Shown: one piece after another, positions 11,212 through 23,300 of the stretch
Layout of the letters: each line of letters starts with the position of its first letter
Position numbering within the stretch: the stretch's first letter is position 1
Origin: Azolla caroliniana
Lineage: Eukaryota; Plantae; Polypodiophyta
NCBI GenBank assembly: GCA_043228905.1
Contig: JBHGNT010000011.1
Location: 1,736,001 to 1,800,000 of the forward strand
Reading direction: 5' to 3'
Length of the DNA: 64,000 nucleotides
Position numbers and translations under genes: made by a program
Notes under the pieces: model-generated
Told to the model about the DNA's origin: nothing
Database searches by the model: none
The model's input: only the letters and a program-made list of their open reading frames with translations

Positions 11212-12363
11212 ATGGCCACTGTTAGCGCTGAAGAATATCAATCTGTTTTCTCGGAATTCCAATGCTTGAAGGAGAAGTTCCATGCTTTGGAACAAGAAAA
11301 CCAACGGTTGCTGGGGGATCTTCAGCAAATCTCCTTAGAAAAGCAGCAAACGCAACAACAACATGGGGAACTTGCGTTACGCGTGCAACAACTCGAAGCC
11401 ACCATCGTAGCGATGCAACAACATGGGCCCGGAACACAAGGGATTCATAAAGAACCTAAGATTGGCCTTCCCACGAAGTTCGATGGAACGCGATCGCAGT
11501 TTAGAGGGTTCCTTAACCAGGTACGATTAGTTATTCAAATGCATCCTTCCCGATATCCCACCGATGCATCACGAGTGGGTTTAGTAGGCACTTTGTTAAG
11601 TGGCTCAGCGTTGTCATGGTTCGCTCCACTATTAGAAAAGGAATCTCCGTTACTCAACAATTTTGAAGAGTTTCTAGGTGAGTTTAAAGCATGTTTCGGA
11701 GATACTGACAGCATCAGGACCGCAATCAACAAAATCCGGCGATTACGCCAAGGTGACCGTCCAGCCTCCGCATACGCTGCAGATTTTCGCCTACTCGCCG
11801 CCGATATCCCTTGGGATGATCAAGCGTTGATGGAGCAATTCCGTTATGGTTTACGCAACGACGTCAAGGATTTACTCTTGACCTTCCCCGAAGAGCCAAA
11901 GTCCTTAACAGAAGCAATCAGTCGCGCGGTGAGATGTGACAACCGCCTCTTTGAGCGACGTTCGGAACGACAGCTACAGATGCCGAGGGCAAGATCAGAG
12001 CCCACCTACGCCTCAGTGGTAGCAAGACCTTTTCCGAGGGAGTCATATAATGCGTCTCCAGCGAATACTCCGACTCCGATGGAGATTGACACTACACGTC
12101 GTCGAGGGCCATTATCCGAAGAAGAAAAGCAGCGACGCCGTACAAATCGACTATGTCTTTACTGCGGTGGACCAGGACATATCGCAATAAATTGCCCCCA
12201 TAGGCCAAGAAGACAGGTAAACCAAATAGTCGCTAGTTCTAATTGTACTAAATCCGAACCTATTTCAGTAGGGATATCTGATAGTCCTAATAGTACTAAT
12301 ATCCCAGATCTAGCAAACAAATTTGATGTCCTTAGTCAGTTAGAAGAAGAGTTAAACGACTAA
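11212..12363 (+). CDS. gag: Gag of chromovirus A (coiled coil, capsid, CCHC knuckle), intact 383 aa
   Basis: [60 protein letters not shown]. Confidence 0.93.
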   Translation: MATVSAEEYQSVFSEFQCLKEKFHALEQENQRLLGDLQQISLEKQQTQQQHGELALRVQQLEATIVAMQQHGPGTQGIHKEPKIGLPTKFDGTRSQFRGFLNQVRLVIQMHPSRYPTDASRVGLVGTLLSGSALSWFAPLLEKESPLLNNFEEFLGEFKACFGDTDSIRTAINKIRRLRQGDRPASAYAADFRLLAADIPWDDQALMEQFRYGLRNDVKDLLLTFPEEPKSLTEAISRAVRCDNRLFERRSERQLQMPRARSEPTYASVVARPFPRESYNASPANTPTPMEIDTTRRRGPLSEEEKQRRRTNRLCLYCGGPGHIAINCPHRPRRQVNQIVASSNCTKSEPISVGISDSPNSTNIPDLANKFDVLSQLEEELND

Positions 12364-15300
12364 GTCCAGCCAAAATAGGAGCCGTTTGGTTGGACAGCCC
12401 TAGATCTGTGCAGCCCATTAGTGGTTCCATTCCCTCTAAGCAAGTTAGTGATGTGTTCGTAGCCCAAGTAATAGTTAGTACTAAAAGTACCCCTCCAGTA
12501 CATGTCCTAGCACTCCTAGATTCCGGAGCTAACTCTTGCTTTATGGATAAGAAATTTGCTCAAGCTCATAAGATATCCCTAAGAAAACTCCAGTGTCCAG
12601 CCTCTGTAGTAGTCATTGATGGACGTCCCATTGCTTCCGGAAATATCCTAGAAGAGTCAGAGCCCATTAATATTGTCCTAGATAACTTAGTATGTGTAGT
12701 ATCATTTAATATTATTAGTATCCCAGAACATCCTATAGTTTTAGGACTACCGTGGTTCGAGTTACATAACCCTGACATAGATTGGAGAACAAGAGAAATC
12801 CGGTGTCGACAAACCCAAGGGTCAACTCAGAAGATGGCAACCATTTCGCTACGTCAGTTGCGTAAGGAAGGGCACAAGGAGGAAATGTTCCTCTTTGCAA
12901 TATCAGTAAACCCCTCCAACACCACTAAAGAAGAATCCACCGTTCAACTTCCCGAGAAGTATCGCCATTACACCGATGTGTTCGATAAAGTACAAGCCAA
13001 CACACTTCCTCATCATCGACCGTACGATTGCCCCATCGATTTACAACCGGGAAAAGAGCCGCCATGGGGACCGATCTACAATTTGTCACCAACCGAGCTG
13101 GAAGTCCTTCGGGCCTATATAGAGGAGAATTTGGAAAATGGTTTCATTCGGCATTCGAAATCTCCAGCCGGTGCGCCCATTTTCTTCGTCAAGAAAAAAG
13201 ATGGATCGCTTCGTCTCGTTGTAGATTACCGTGGCTTGAATAAGGTTACAATCAGGAATAGGTATGCTCTTCCCCTTATCTCAAGTCTTTTAGAACGGAT
13301 CAATGGTGCCAGGTTCTTCACGAAGATCGACTTACGGGGAGCATATAACCTCGTACGGATCCGACCAGGAGACGAATGGAAGACCGCATTTCGCACCAGA
13401 TATGGGCACTTCGAGTGTTCGGCCTCACTAATGCGCCGGCAGTCTTCCAGCACATGGCTAATGATATATTCCGAGATCTATTGGATGATTGTTTGATCAT
13501 CTATTTGGATGATCTACTGGTTTATTCAAAGACCCAAGAAGAACATGATTCTCATGTACTATTAGTACTAAAACGACTTCGAGAACATGGTCTGTATGCA
13601 AAGCTAGAAAAATGTAGTTTCGGGTGCAACCAAGTGGAATTTCTCGGCTACATCATTTCGTCAGAAGGCATCTCCATGGACCCAGCTAAGGTCAGAACGG
13701 TGGTAGAATGGCAGACTCCGCGTTCGGTACGGGATGTGCAATGCTTCTTAGGCTTTGCCAATTTTTACCGGAAGTTCATACAGGATTACTCAAAGATCGT
13801 TCTACCTCTCACACAACTTACCAGGAAGGGACAACCGTTCACCTGGTCTGAAGAAACGGACATGGCTTTCGAGAGTCTTAAAAAAGCATTTACATCGGCT
13901 CCAATTCTAGCTCATGTCGATCCGGAGAAACCATTCATTATCGAAGCTGACACATCGGATTTTGCATTGGGGAGCATTCTGTCACAACAGGGGAATGATG
14001 AAAAGCTACATCCTGTGGCTTTTCACTCACGCAAGTTTGATGCCGCCGAAATCAACTACGAAATCCATGATAAGGAGCTATTGGCAATAGTGGATTCTTT
14101 TATGCAATGGAGGCATTTTCTGGAGGGATCCTCTCATCCAGTCACCGTATTTAGTGACCACAAGAATCTTGCCTACTTTCAGGATGCTCGTGTGTTGAAT
14201 CGACGTCAAGCTCGGTGGGCCCACTTCCTCACGCGTTTCGACTTCAAAATTACATATCGTCCGGGGAGGCACCAAGGGAAGGCAGATGCATTATCACGGC
14301 GTTCGTATCTAGCACCCCGTCCCGGCGAGCCAACTTTCGATAACCAAAAACAAGTCATCTTGGGACCGGCACGATTACAAGCAACACAAATCTTTGACAT
14401 GCCTATGGATTCCCGCGTTATCGATACCATACGTGAAGACTTGAAGACAGATGCGTTCGCCCAAGCTATACTAGCACAAATTGATCCCTCTCGAGCGTCG
14501 TGTTCACAGTCGCAACCACCAGGTACGGACTATCGGCAATTCAAATACCATGATGGATTACTCTTCTTTAAAGAACTTTTGTATGTTCCTAATGGTTCTT
14601 GCCGCCTTCGAGTAGTACAAAACTGTCATGACACATATACAGCTGGGCATTTTGGTAGTACTAAAACATTACATTTAGTACAACGATCATTCTGGTGGCC
14701 CTGTATGCGACAATTTGTCGAGGATTTTGTTCGGACTTGTGATACATGTTGCAGAGCGAAAATGCCAAGGCATCATCCATATGGTTTATTAGAACCATTA
14801 TCAATTCCAAGCAAGCCGTGGCAATCCATTGCTCTAGACTTCATCACAGATCTTCCAGTCTCTAAGGGGTTCAATGCGATTCTAACGGTGGTCGATCGAT
14901 ATACGAAGATGGCTCATTTCTTGCCATGTACTAAGGAGATCTCCAGTGAAGACACTGCCGAAATTGTCATGCGTGAAGTATGTCGGCATCATGGACTCCC
15001 CGATAGTATCATCAGCGACCGTGGACCCCAGTTCGTGTCAAAATTCTGGAAGCACCTTTTTAACATGCTCAAGGTCACTTGTAACCTCTCTTCCGGCTAC
15101 CACCCACAAACTGACGGCCAAGCTGAACGAACAAATCAAACGTTGGAGCAGTATCTGCGGTGCTTTCTCAGCTATCATCAGGACGACTGGGCAGATATTC
15201 TCCACTTCGCCGAATTTGCCTATAACAACTCTATCCACGCATCCACTAAAGTTACGCCATTTTATGCTTATACGGGATGTCACCCCCGGTGGAGTGTACT

Positions 15301-15934
15301 TGAAACCCCAGAGGTGTCCACAAATCCGTGCGCGGAGGATCGTTTGGAGCGGTTACGCAAAATACAAGCGGATTTATCTACTCATCTCCAGCAAGCTCAA
15401 CAAACACACAAGGTCTACGCGGATCGTCATCGACTTCCATCTAGTTTTAATATTGGAGATCGGGTGTGGTTGCTACGACGACACATCAAGACTACTCGCC
15501 CATGTGAGAAGTTGGATTATCGGCGATTAGGTCCTTTCCGTATTATTGGAAAGATTAATGATGTTGCTTTTCGTCTCGATCTACCTCCTCAACTTCGGAT
15601 ACATCCGGTGTTTCATAGTTCTCTCTTCGAACCCTACCACGAGAGCACCATCCCAGAACGTCTTATCCAACCTCCACCCCCGATCGAGCTTGAAGATGGG
15701 CCGGAGTACGAGGTTGCCGCCATTCTTGATTCCAAGATTGTTCGCAACAAGCTCTACTACCTAGTCGATTGGCTAGGCTATAGTCCCAGCGAACGTACTT
15801 GGGAACCGATCGAGAATGTAACCAATGCTCGTGCTCTTCTTGAAGACTTCCATCGTCAATATCCACACAAACCGGGTCCTCAATCCAAGACGACTCGTGA
15901 CACTCGTCGTTTTAAAGGGGGGATAGTGTCATGA
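12351..15934 (+). pseudogene. pol: Pol of chromovirus A in the -1 frame (protease, RT, RNase H, integrase, chromodomain) with one frameshifting deletion near 13415
   Basis: [59 protein letters not shown], chromodomain YEVAAILDS...YLVDWLGY...TWEP. The expected GHFEYxVMPFGL has lost the YxVMP codons. Confidence 0.94.
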
Positions 15935-16356
15935 TATGGCAAGACTCGAACCCATGACCTTAGGTTATATGGGTCGAGCTCTTGGCCATTAGACCATCTA
16001 TTGTAATACGTAGGATATTATTTTCATTTACATTTTATTATAGGAAATTAGTGTATATTCCAGATTTCTCTGGAACATTCTAGAAGCTTCAGGATTACTC
16101 CTGAAAACACTATAAAAGAGGGCACTAGGCATTATGTTGAACCAAATTGGTTCAACGCCAGTCTTAAGCCTTTTAGCCACCGTTGTATATTCTCTTCATA
16201 TAATAAATATCTTTCTTATCATCACTCTCTCTCTCTCTCTCTCTTTCTCTCTGTCTCGCTCACTTCTTCCTTCTCTCGAAGAAGTTCCACACCTCTCATA
16301 GTACTAATCCTTCGTTTAGTACTAATTCCTTCTCTGTCTCAGTACTGTTCATGACA
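15927..16356 (+). repeat. 3' LTR of chromovirus A
   Basis: Near-identical to 10708-11137; followed by TSD CATAG. Confidence 0.96.
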
Positions 16357-16888
16357 CATAGCAAGGTTCCCACTAATCCCACATGAGCAACGTTAGTTGG
16401 GTACCAATTGGGATGTAACTAAATAGCCAAACAGACTTGATTCAAAAAGCCTCAAAATAAAGACCTCATACCATCAAACTTGGCAGGGAGGCTAATATTT
16501 GGTTCTCTAGGGGAGTTCTGAGGCCCCGACGCTTGTTCTCATAATGACAATGTAGTAGCCTCGAGTTGGTGAACCCGTTGTGATAACTCTTCATATTGTT
16601 GGGTTTTTTCAGTAGTCATTTGTTGTAGGTCCCCAAGTAGCCTTTGATTTTCATGCTCTAATGGCACAAATTTATTCGTGAGCATGTCAACCTCAGAAAG
16701 AACACGCATATATTCATGTTTGCTCAGCCTTTGATTTTCCTGCTCTAATGGCACAAATTTATTCGTGAGCATGTCGACCTCAAAAAGAACACGCATATAT
16801 TCATGTTTGCTTACGGGGGGAGAGGAGAAGAAAGAAAAGAACTTGTTAGGGTTCATGGAAGAGGAAGAAATGAAATATTTGGTTCAAA

Positions 16889-16934
<46 letters not shown>

Positions 16935-17410
16935 TGTGTGTGTGTGTGTGTGTTAAGACAAAGAAAGAAAATTGAAAGGAAAGTATTATATTGCACTATA
17001 AGATGGATTACAAAGAGTAGGCAATAGGGAGCTATAGAATGGCGTTGAACCAATTTGGTTTTGGGATGATTAAGATATCCCTATTTATAAGTCTCTATAG
17101 AATATTTTAGAAGATTCTAGAATATAGAGTAATCTAGAAGTTTTATAGAGTATTCTAGAAGGTTCTAGAATATAGAGTAATCTAGAAGGTTTATAGAGTA
17201 TTCTAGAAGGTTCTAGTATATAAAACACTATGAATATTCTAGGACATTCTAGAATGTAGAGTAATCTAGAATATTCTTATGATATTAGATTATATATTCT
17301 AAAAACTAAACATATAAACATATCATTACAATGGTTAAGGATTTGACATGTGTATAACAAGGGTGTAGGTTCAAATCCTTTTGAGGCATCATGTGAGTGT
17401 CATCATGACA

Positions 17411-17740
17411 GGGTTCTGTAGTTGAAGTGGAGTGAGGATTGACGAGGGACCATGCTCTACAGGTAGGAGATTCCTTCATGTAGGAGGGGACTTGGTTTCT
17501 TCATTCTTGAGTTTTCTTGAGTTCCAATTGAGTACTACCTTGGAGTTTCTGTAAGGATTCCCAAAGATTCTAATTTTCAAGTTGAAGTTGATGCATGGCT
17601 TCCAATAGTTGATTTATTTTCTCGGTAGAATTTGACATCATGAGGCTTTGGAGATGGAAGGTGAGCAAACCATCACGAACAGATAGAGTAGGGCAAAACA
17701 GAGCTAGGCGAAAGGTAAGATACTAAGAGGTAGAGAGAGA
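17411..17740 (-). mobile_element. Chromovirus C (older): U5 part of 5' LTR, PBS and gag N-terminus
   Basis: Minus strand reads MMSNSTEKINQLLEAMHQLQLEN*NLWESLQKLQ, a gag-like coiled coil, preceded by a GTTTG-starting non-tRNA PBS. The rest of its LTR appears to be at 38345-38637. Confidence 0.55.
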
Positions 17741-20344
17741 GAAAGAAAGAAGAAAGAAAGATATATTAACGTCTTCTAAGGCCAAATTTGCCCCATGAGA
17801 CAAATGCTTTACAACAAAAATGGGTATTTATCCAATCATCAAAACTAAAATAAAAGTAAAGTAAAAATAGCTTAAGCTAAAAGAGTTCTAGTAGTGTGCA
17901 AAACTTTGCACTAAGCCTAATTTCATTTCCACCCAAACCTCTCAAAAAGAAGTGGGAGGTCAAAGGTTTTTGGTCTGGGTGTGACCCATGGTCCTGGTGT
18001 ATAGAGTGCCCCAACCATGACTTTTAGGCAGTGTAGCTCATGTTCCCTTATTTTCGTTATTGCTTCTACATCTCGTCGAGTTGCTTTGAAACCCAGCATC
18101 CGAGGGCGTTTGGTTCTTCTTTGATTTTCTGCTTCATCAAGGAAAAGAGCGAGTGGTGCAGGTGTGTCGACATTCGTTGTCTCCCCCTGTTACTGAAAAA
18201 CTTCATTTGTTACATGTTGGTAAACATTAACAACATTATTATCAACATTTTGTAACTTATTCTCTCTGTGTTGTTTCAATTCTAGGATGTATCTGCCTAA
18301 TTTCTTTATATCTAGTGTATCTAATATTTTAGGGAGGGTAGGAGAGGAACCAAGTATGTCTTGGTATTTTGCCCTTATCTCGGCATAGGTGGGACATTTG
18401 CATGTAAAATGGTACTCATCCTCTATCTCTATGTGGCATAACCTACATATCCTTTCCTCCCTAGGGGCTCCATTAGTGCATCTATTCTCAATCTCAAGTT
18501 GGTGAGATGATATTCTAAGTTGACTGATGGCAACCCTTAGTGCATGTGGTAAGAATACATCTAGATATTTTGGCCGCGTAATAAAACCTAACTTAGAGAA
18601 ATGCATAAAGTGTTCTTTATAGTACAACATTTTAGATTGGAGTGGCTCTAGTGGGGTGATCCATTTATACCGAGTATAAATTTGTCATATTTCTTGGTGT
18701 ATAACTTTATTGCGGTCTTCATGAGAGATTAAAGTGTTATCAGTCACGTGGTCGTACTTAAGGGGGGGGAGGTTATTAATGTCTAGACCGTTCGCAAGAA
18801 GCCAACTCACCATCATGCCATACCATGAGCTACTATAGCCAGACTCATACAGTGCTCGAGAAGCCTTAAAGGCTTGATGGGATATTCTATCAAGTGGTTG
18901 GCTATGTATCATGTGGATAAAAACTACAAGTTGAAAAAGTGCTTCTACTAACATCGGGAGTAGAGTGAACTTTGCCCTAATAATGTCATGTGGAACAGTC
19001 AATTTGCTTCGGAGTTGGCGTGATAACATCATTACCAATGGTCCCTCTAATTGCGTCCACATGAAAGATGGTAGTCTTGGAGCCCAAACCGTTGATGCAT
19101 ACATGAGAGAGGGAGTCACTAATGAGTCAAAGAGCCACCCTTTAGTCCGTGGCTCTTGGAAGTATGCTTGATGGCATTGTCTCTTGAGGAGTGAGAGGGA
19201 TGCATGTCCTCTCGTAAGTCTATCCTTCGCTGCTTGTGTCATCGAAAATTTACCTAAGCGGGCACTGAAAGTGACTCCGAGATAGACATATGATCCAACC
19301 ACCTCAACTGGGCTATGGGAGATAGTTAGGTGACACTTACCTCTAACTTAGGCCGACGTGTGGAAGATAAGGACTTTAGTTTTCCCTAGATTCACTACCA
19401 ATCCTCGTTGTGTGCAAAAGTCATCTAAGGCATTAAGGTGCCTTTGTAGGTTGTGTTCAAATTCAGATAGCAAAACTATGTCATCCGCATAGAGCAAGAT
19501 ACGAACCTGCGTATCCCCAAGAACTACTCCATTGCCTCCCATACGAGCAATAAAATCTGTGATCTCATCAATGTAAATCCCAAAAAGAGTCGGAGATAGG
19601 GGGCAACCTTGTTTTACACCAATAGTGCTAGTGAAACAATCGAATAGGCCACCTGGGCATCGAACACACCCGGACACTTGTTCATATAGTGTGTAGATGG
19701 CCCAAACCATGGCATCTGGTATCCTCAAGCTCTTAAGCCTATCAAACAACCGCTCTCTAGGGACCGTGTCAAAGGCTTTGCGGAAGTCCACAAAACAACA
19801 ATATAATTTCTTCTTGGGAGCCTTAGTCTGGTCAATTAAACATCTAAGTGTGAAGATATTATCAATAGTGGAGAAGGCTCATCTAAAGCAAGCCTATTCA
19901 GTGTTACCGGCCCGGCCGGCAAAGGAGTCTAGAGTGTGAAACGGGGAGTTATTTAATTATTAAGAATGGTTGTAAGTAAGCTATGAGTGTGGACGGACGG
20001 ACCGGAATCGGTATATCGTTCCGGATCCGGACCGATCCCGAACAGGTGCTGATGGCACCGTTTTGTACTGCAGACCGGAAACCTATTTAAAGGCCCGGAT
20101 ACAATGTAATGAGGAGTGGTTAATTAATAAAGCTTAGTGCTTTTATCTCTGTGTTAATTGCCGTTCTGCATTCATTGTTATATCTTACGCGTGTGATTAT
20201 TAAGGACAATCTTGCTAAGTAACCTAATTAAGTCGGATTAAGCGTTGAGTCTAATCCTGTTGCCGTAACACCCCTTTGGTGAAGTGTCTTCCGTAGACAC
20301 ACTATGTTAGGCCATTGTCCGGCCCTAAGCGTTAACACAATTTT

Positions 20345-20354
20345 TGGCGACCAC
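20345..20354 (+). promoter_or_regulatory. Minus-strand primer-binding site, tRNA-Arg(UCG)-like
   Basis: TGGCGACCAC after a CAATTTT spacer; complementary to the recalled plant tRNA-Arg(UCG) 3' end ...GTGGTCGCCA. Confidence 0.7.
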
Positions 20355-20390
20355 GATTCCTGTTTTTGCAGCGAACGACGGCACGAATGG

Positions 20391-23300
20391 ATGACTAGAT
20401 CAACGCACGACCTGGTTACAGATCGAACTCGACGCCTTGCCGAAAGGCAAAGGAGACGTGAGGCTTTCCAGCAAGCGGCGCAGGAAATTAGAGCGGATCG
20501 CTCGTTTTCCAACGTAATCCGGAGAGTAGCAGAGGAGTCCCTTTGGTTACAGCAAACATCGCACCCGGACGATAGCAGCAGCCTAAGCAGCCTTCGAGAA
20601 ACCGAATCCCTTCTCCAGGCGTTGGCAAGCGGAGAAGGCGAAGCAGAAGCCTTTTCAGCGTATGAATCGGATTCCGAAGGGGAATACAGCGTGCACACGA
20701 ACTACCGTAGCAGCAACGAAACCCCAGGCAGACCGGAGGACGAAGGATCGGACACCTTACCGACACCAAAACCGGAATTGCTAAGGCTGGAACCTCCGGA
20801 ACCAACAGAGGAAGAGCGACCTCCGACACCGGAAGTCGAGGAGGAGAGGCCTTCGTCACCAAAAGAAGAGGAAAGACTACCGACGCCGGAAACAAATCAG
20901 GAAAGACCACCGACGCCGAAGAAAAACCAGGAACGACCACCAACACTGCTAGCCCGCGCACCGATACCAGACGACGACATGTCGTTCCAGTACTCCAAGT
21001 ATAGAGATGATCCGGACGCGGAAGCTCATGTTCACGCCTTTGAACAGACATGGGAAGCAAACCATGTGTCCCAGCGATTGACCCCGGAGGAAGAGGAACG
21101 CTCTAAGATAGCGGAATTTGGCGTCACATTGGAGGGACCGGCAGCGAGATGGCGCCGGACGCAGGACCCGTCTACCATCACCACCTTCCCAGATTTAAAA
21201 GCTAAATTCTTGCATTTTTTCCAAAAGGAGGTGGACCAGACATTAATGGTGGGCTTATTTTATACCATCCGACAGGAGGCAGGGGAGAGCATTCCCCAGT
21301 TTGTCATCCGGTTTCAACGGATGCATAGTCAGCTTGCCCGCGCACCCCCGGAGGAGGAATTACGGACTATATTCCTAAATGCGCTCTGGGAACCCCTACG
21401 CACGGTTTGCACGGTAATTGACTTCCGCACAAGTACCATCGACCAGGTCATTGACCGGGTGAGAGAGACGGAAAAGACAAGCTCCTGGCTCACATTGGGA
21501 GCACTCCAACGGGCGTTACCGTCCGATGAAGACCTCCGGTTTCGGCAAGCAATACAGTGCACAACTTGCTTGAATTCCGGACACTCGGCACTAGAATGCA
21601 CTATGAGGACACAATGTGTAATCTGTCAATCCAAGGGCCATACGACGGATAGGTGTGAGTATAATCTATTGAACCGGCAAGCACCGCCCATCCGACAAAT
21701 AGAGCCACGCAGCAGCCGGGATGAAGAAGAGGAACGTTGGCGGCGTATGGACCGCGACCGACCGGCACAGGATGTCCGGTATGGCGATCGACGGGAGAAT
21801 GATGTCTGGTACGGTGATCAGCGGGATAACTACGACCGGCATGATAGATATGATCGGTACCGGGATTACAATAGATGATACGAACATTACGACCAGGAGC
21901 ACTCCCCCGGGTATCGTCAGCAACGGGAGGAATACGGCAGATATAACGACCAACCTCGTCAAGAGTACCGCAATAAGAAGAACTATAACAAAAAACGGCA
22001 TTTCAAAAAAGGCGGCTACCCACAGGATCCGGAACAAGGAGCTTCGAGCAGCCAACCGGCCCAAAACCCCGCGCTTACCACGGGACCTGCCTCGGGTACA
22101 ACAGACAATGCCGAATCCAGGAATACCCGGAAAGCCTATTGCTACTACTGCAGACAGGAAGGCCATTATAGTAATCAATGCCCGGCGAAGAGCTATGACA
22201 AACGACCGGCAGTAAATATGGTAGTCCCTGAAGTGGCAGATCTGCAGCAGGTGACCACAAGGTCGAAGGGCATGGCCAAGGAATGGGAGACGCAAGAGAC
22301 CATTCGGAAGCAAGCGACGGAATGGGTGAAAAAAGCAAACGAGCAAAATGTCACAGACTTACAGCGGCAAAAGGAGAATACCATAGGCCTTGCCAGCGGC
22401 AGTCACTCCGAGAACGAGACATGGCTGGCGTTGCAAGAATGCCAGATTACGCTGCCACTAGGAAGACTCCTACAGCTCATGCCAAGATTCACGGAAGGAC
22501 TGAAGACGGCCATGACGGCAGGAGAATCATCACCGGCACCGGTACTCTTCTCGAATCCGGAGGAGGGACCAACGGTGGTGGACACCAACAGTCCGGTAAT
22601 CACTGCCATTGTAAAAGGGAAAGAACTCCCCGGTACAGTTATAGATGGAGGCTCCGGGGTGAATGTAATAAGCCTTCGGACGTGTGATGCCCTGGGAATC
22701 CACGAGTGGGAGCCGTGTCCGTTCTGGTTACGGATGGCCGATACAAGCTCAGTGCGGCCGACAGGATTAATACGAAAATTAGAAGTCACCGTTGGCGGTC
22801 ATACATTTCACATCTCGGCAGTAGTGCTACAATTACAGGCACAAGGCGCATACCCGCTATTGCTGGGGTGGCCGTGGTTGAAAACGGCACTTATCAAACA
22901 GAATTGGAGGAAAAATATAATTACCTTCCGGCAAGGAAAAGCCAAGGTACGGGTACCAACACAGCCAAGGACGAGCACTGGCAAGGAATGTACACCGTTG
23001 TATACAGAGTGCGTCAACATGCTATAAGGGTTAGCTGACGAAGAAGAAGCTCAGTACTTGCAGGAAAACCCGAAGATCGTACCCCTCTTCGAAATTGACA
23101 TTGCCGAAGCACTAGCACCATACTTACCGCAGCCGGAAGAGACTGAAGCAGAACCGGATAAAGACGCAATCCGAGAGTTACGGCAAGTGCAGGAAGCGTT
23201 GGAACGGGAAATGGACGTTTCACAACGCGTAAAAGCGTCGCAACTTGAAGAGGTGAACCTAGGGACCACGGACGAAGCAAAACCGGTGCACATCGCCAAG

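Larger units (their letters stand above)
10708..16356 (+). mobile_element. Chromovirus A: full-length young Ty3/gypsy element (Tcn1-like) with chromodomain
   Basis: 430-bp LTRs 10708-11137 and 15927-16356 (about 2 mismatches by eye), TSD CATAG, PPT AAAGGGGGGATAG at 15914-15926, domain order gag-PR-RT-RH-INT-CHD. Confidence 0.97.
10520..17410 (-). mobile_element. Chromovirus B (Tcn1-like): 5' LTR 16890-17410 plus truncated gag, split by chromovirus A
   Basis: LTR starts TGTCATGATG on the minus strand. Self-priming-type PBS GTTTGAACCAAAT at 16877-16889. Gag 16856 down to 16357 continues at 10707-10520 (LAWFAPLIEKKSPLLEDF...[11 protein letters not shown]), homologous to the gag of element A. 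Confidence 0.88.

Noticed and set aside
17095-17275. CRISPR-like repeat array
   Set aside because: The units are tandem with no unique spacers and lie inside an LTR of a eukaryotic retroelement.
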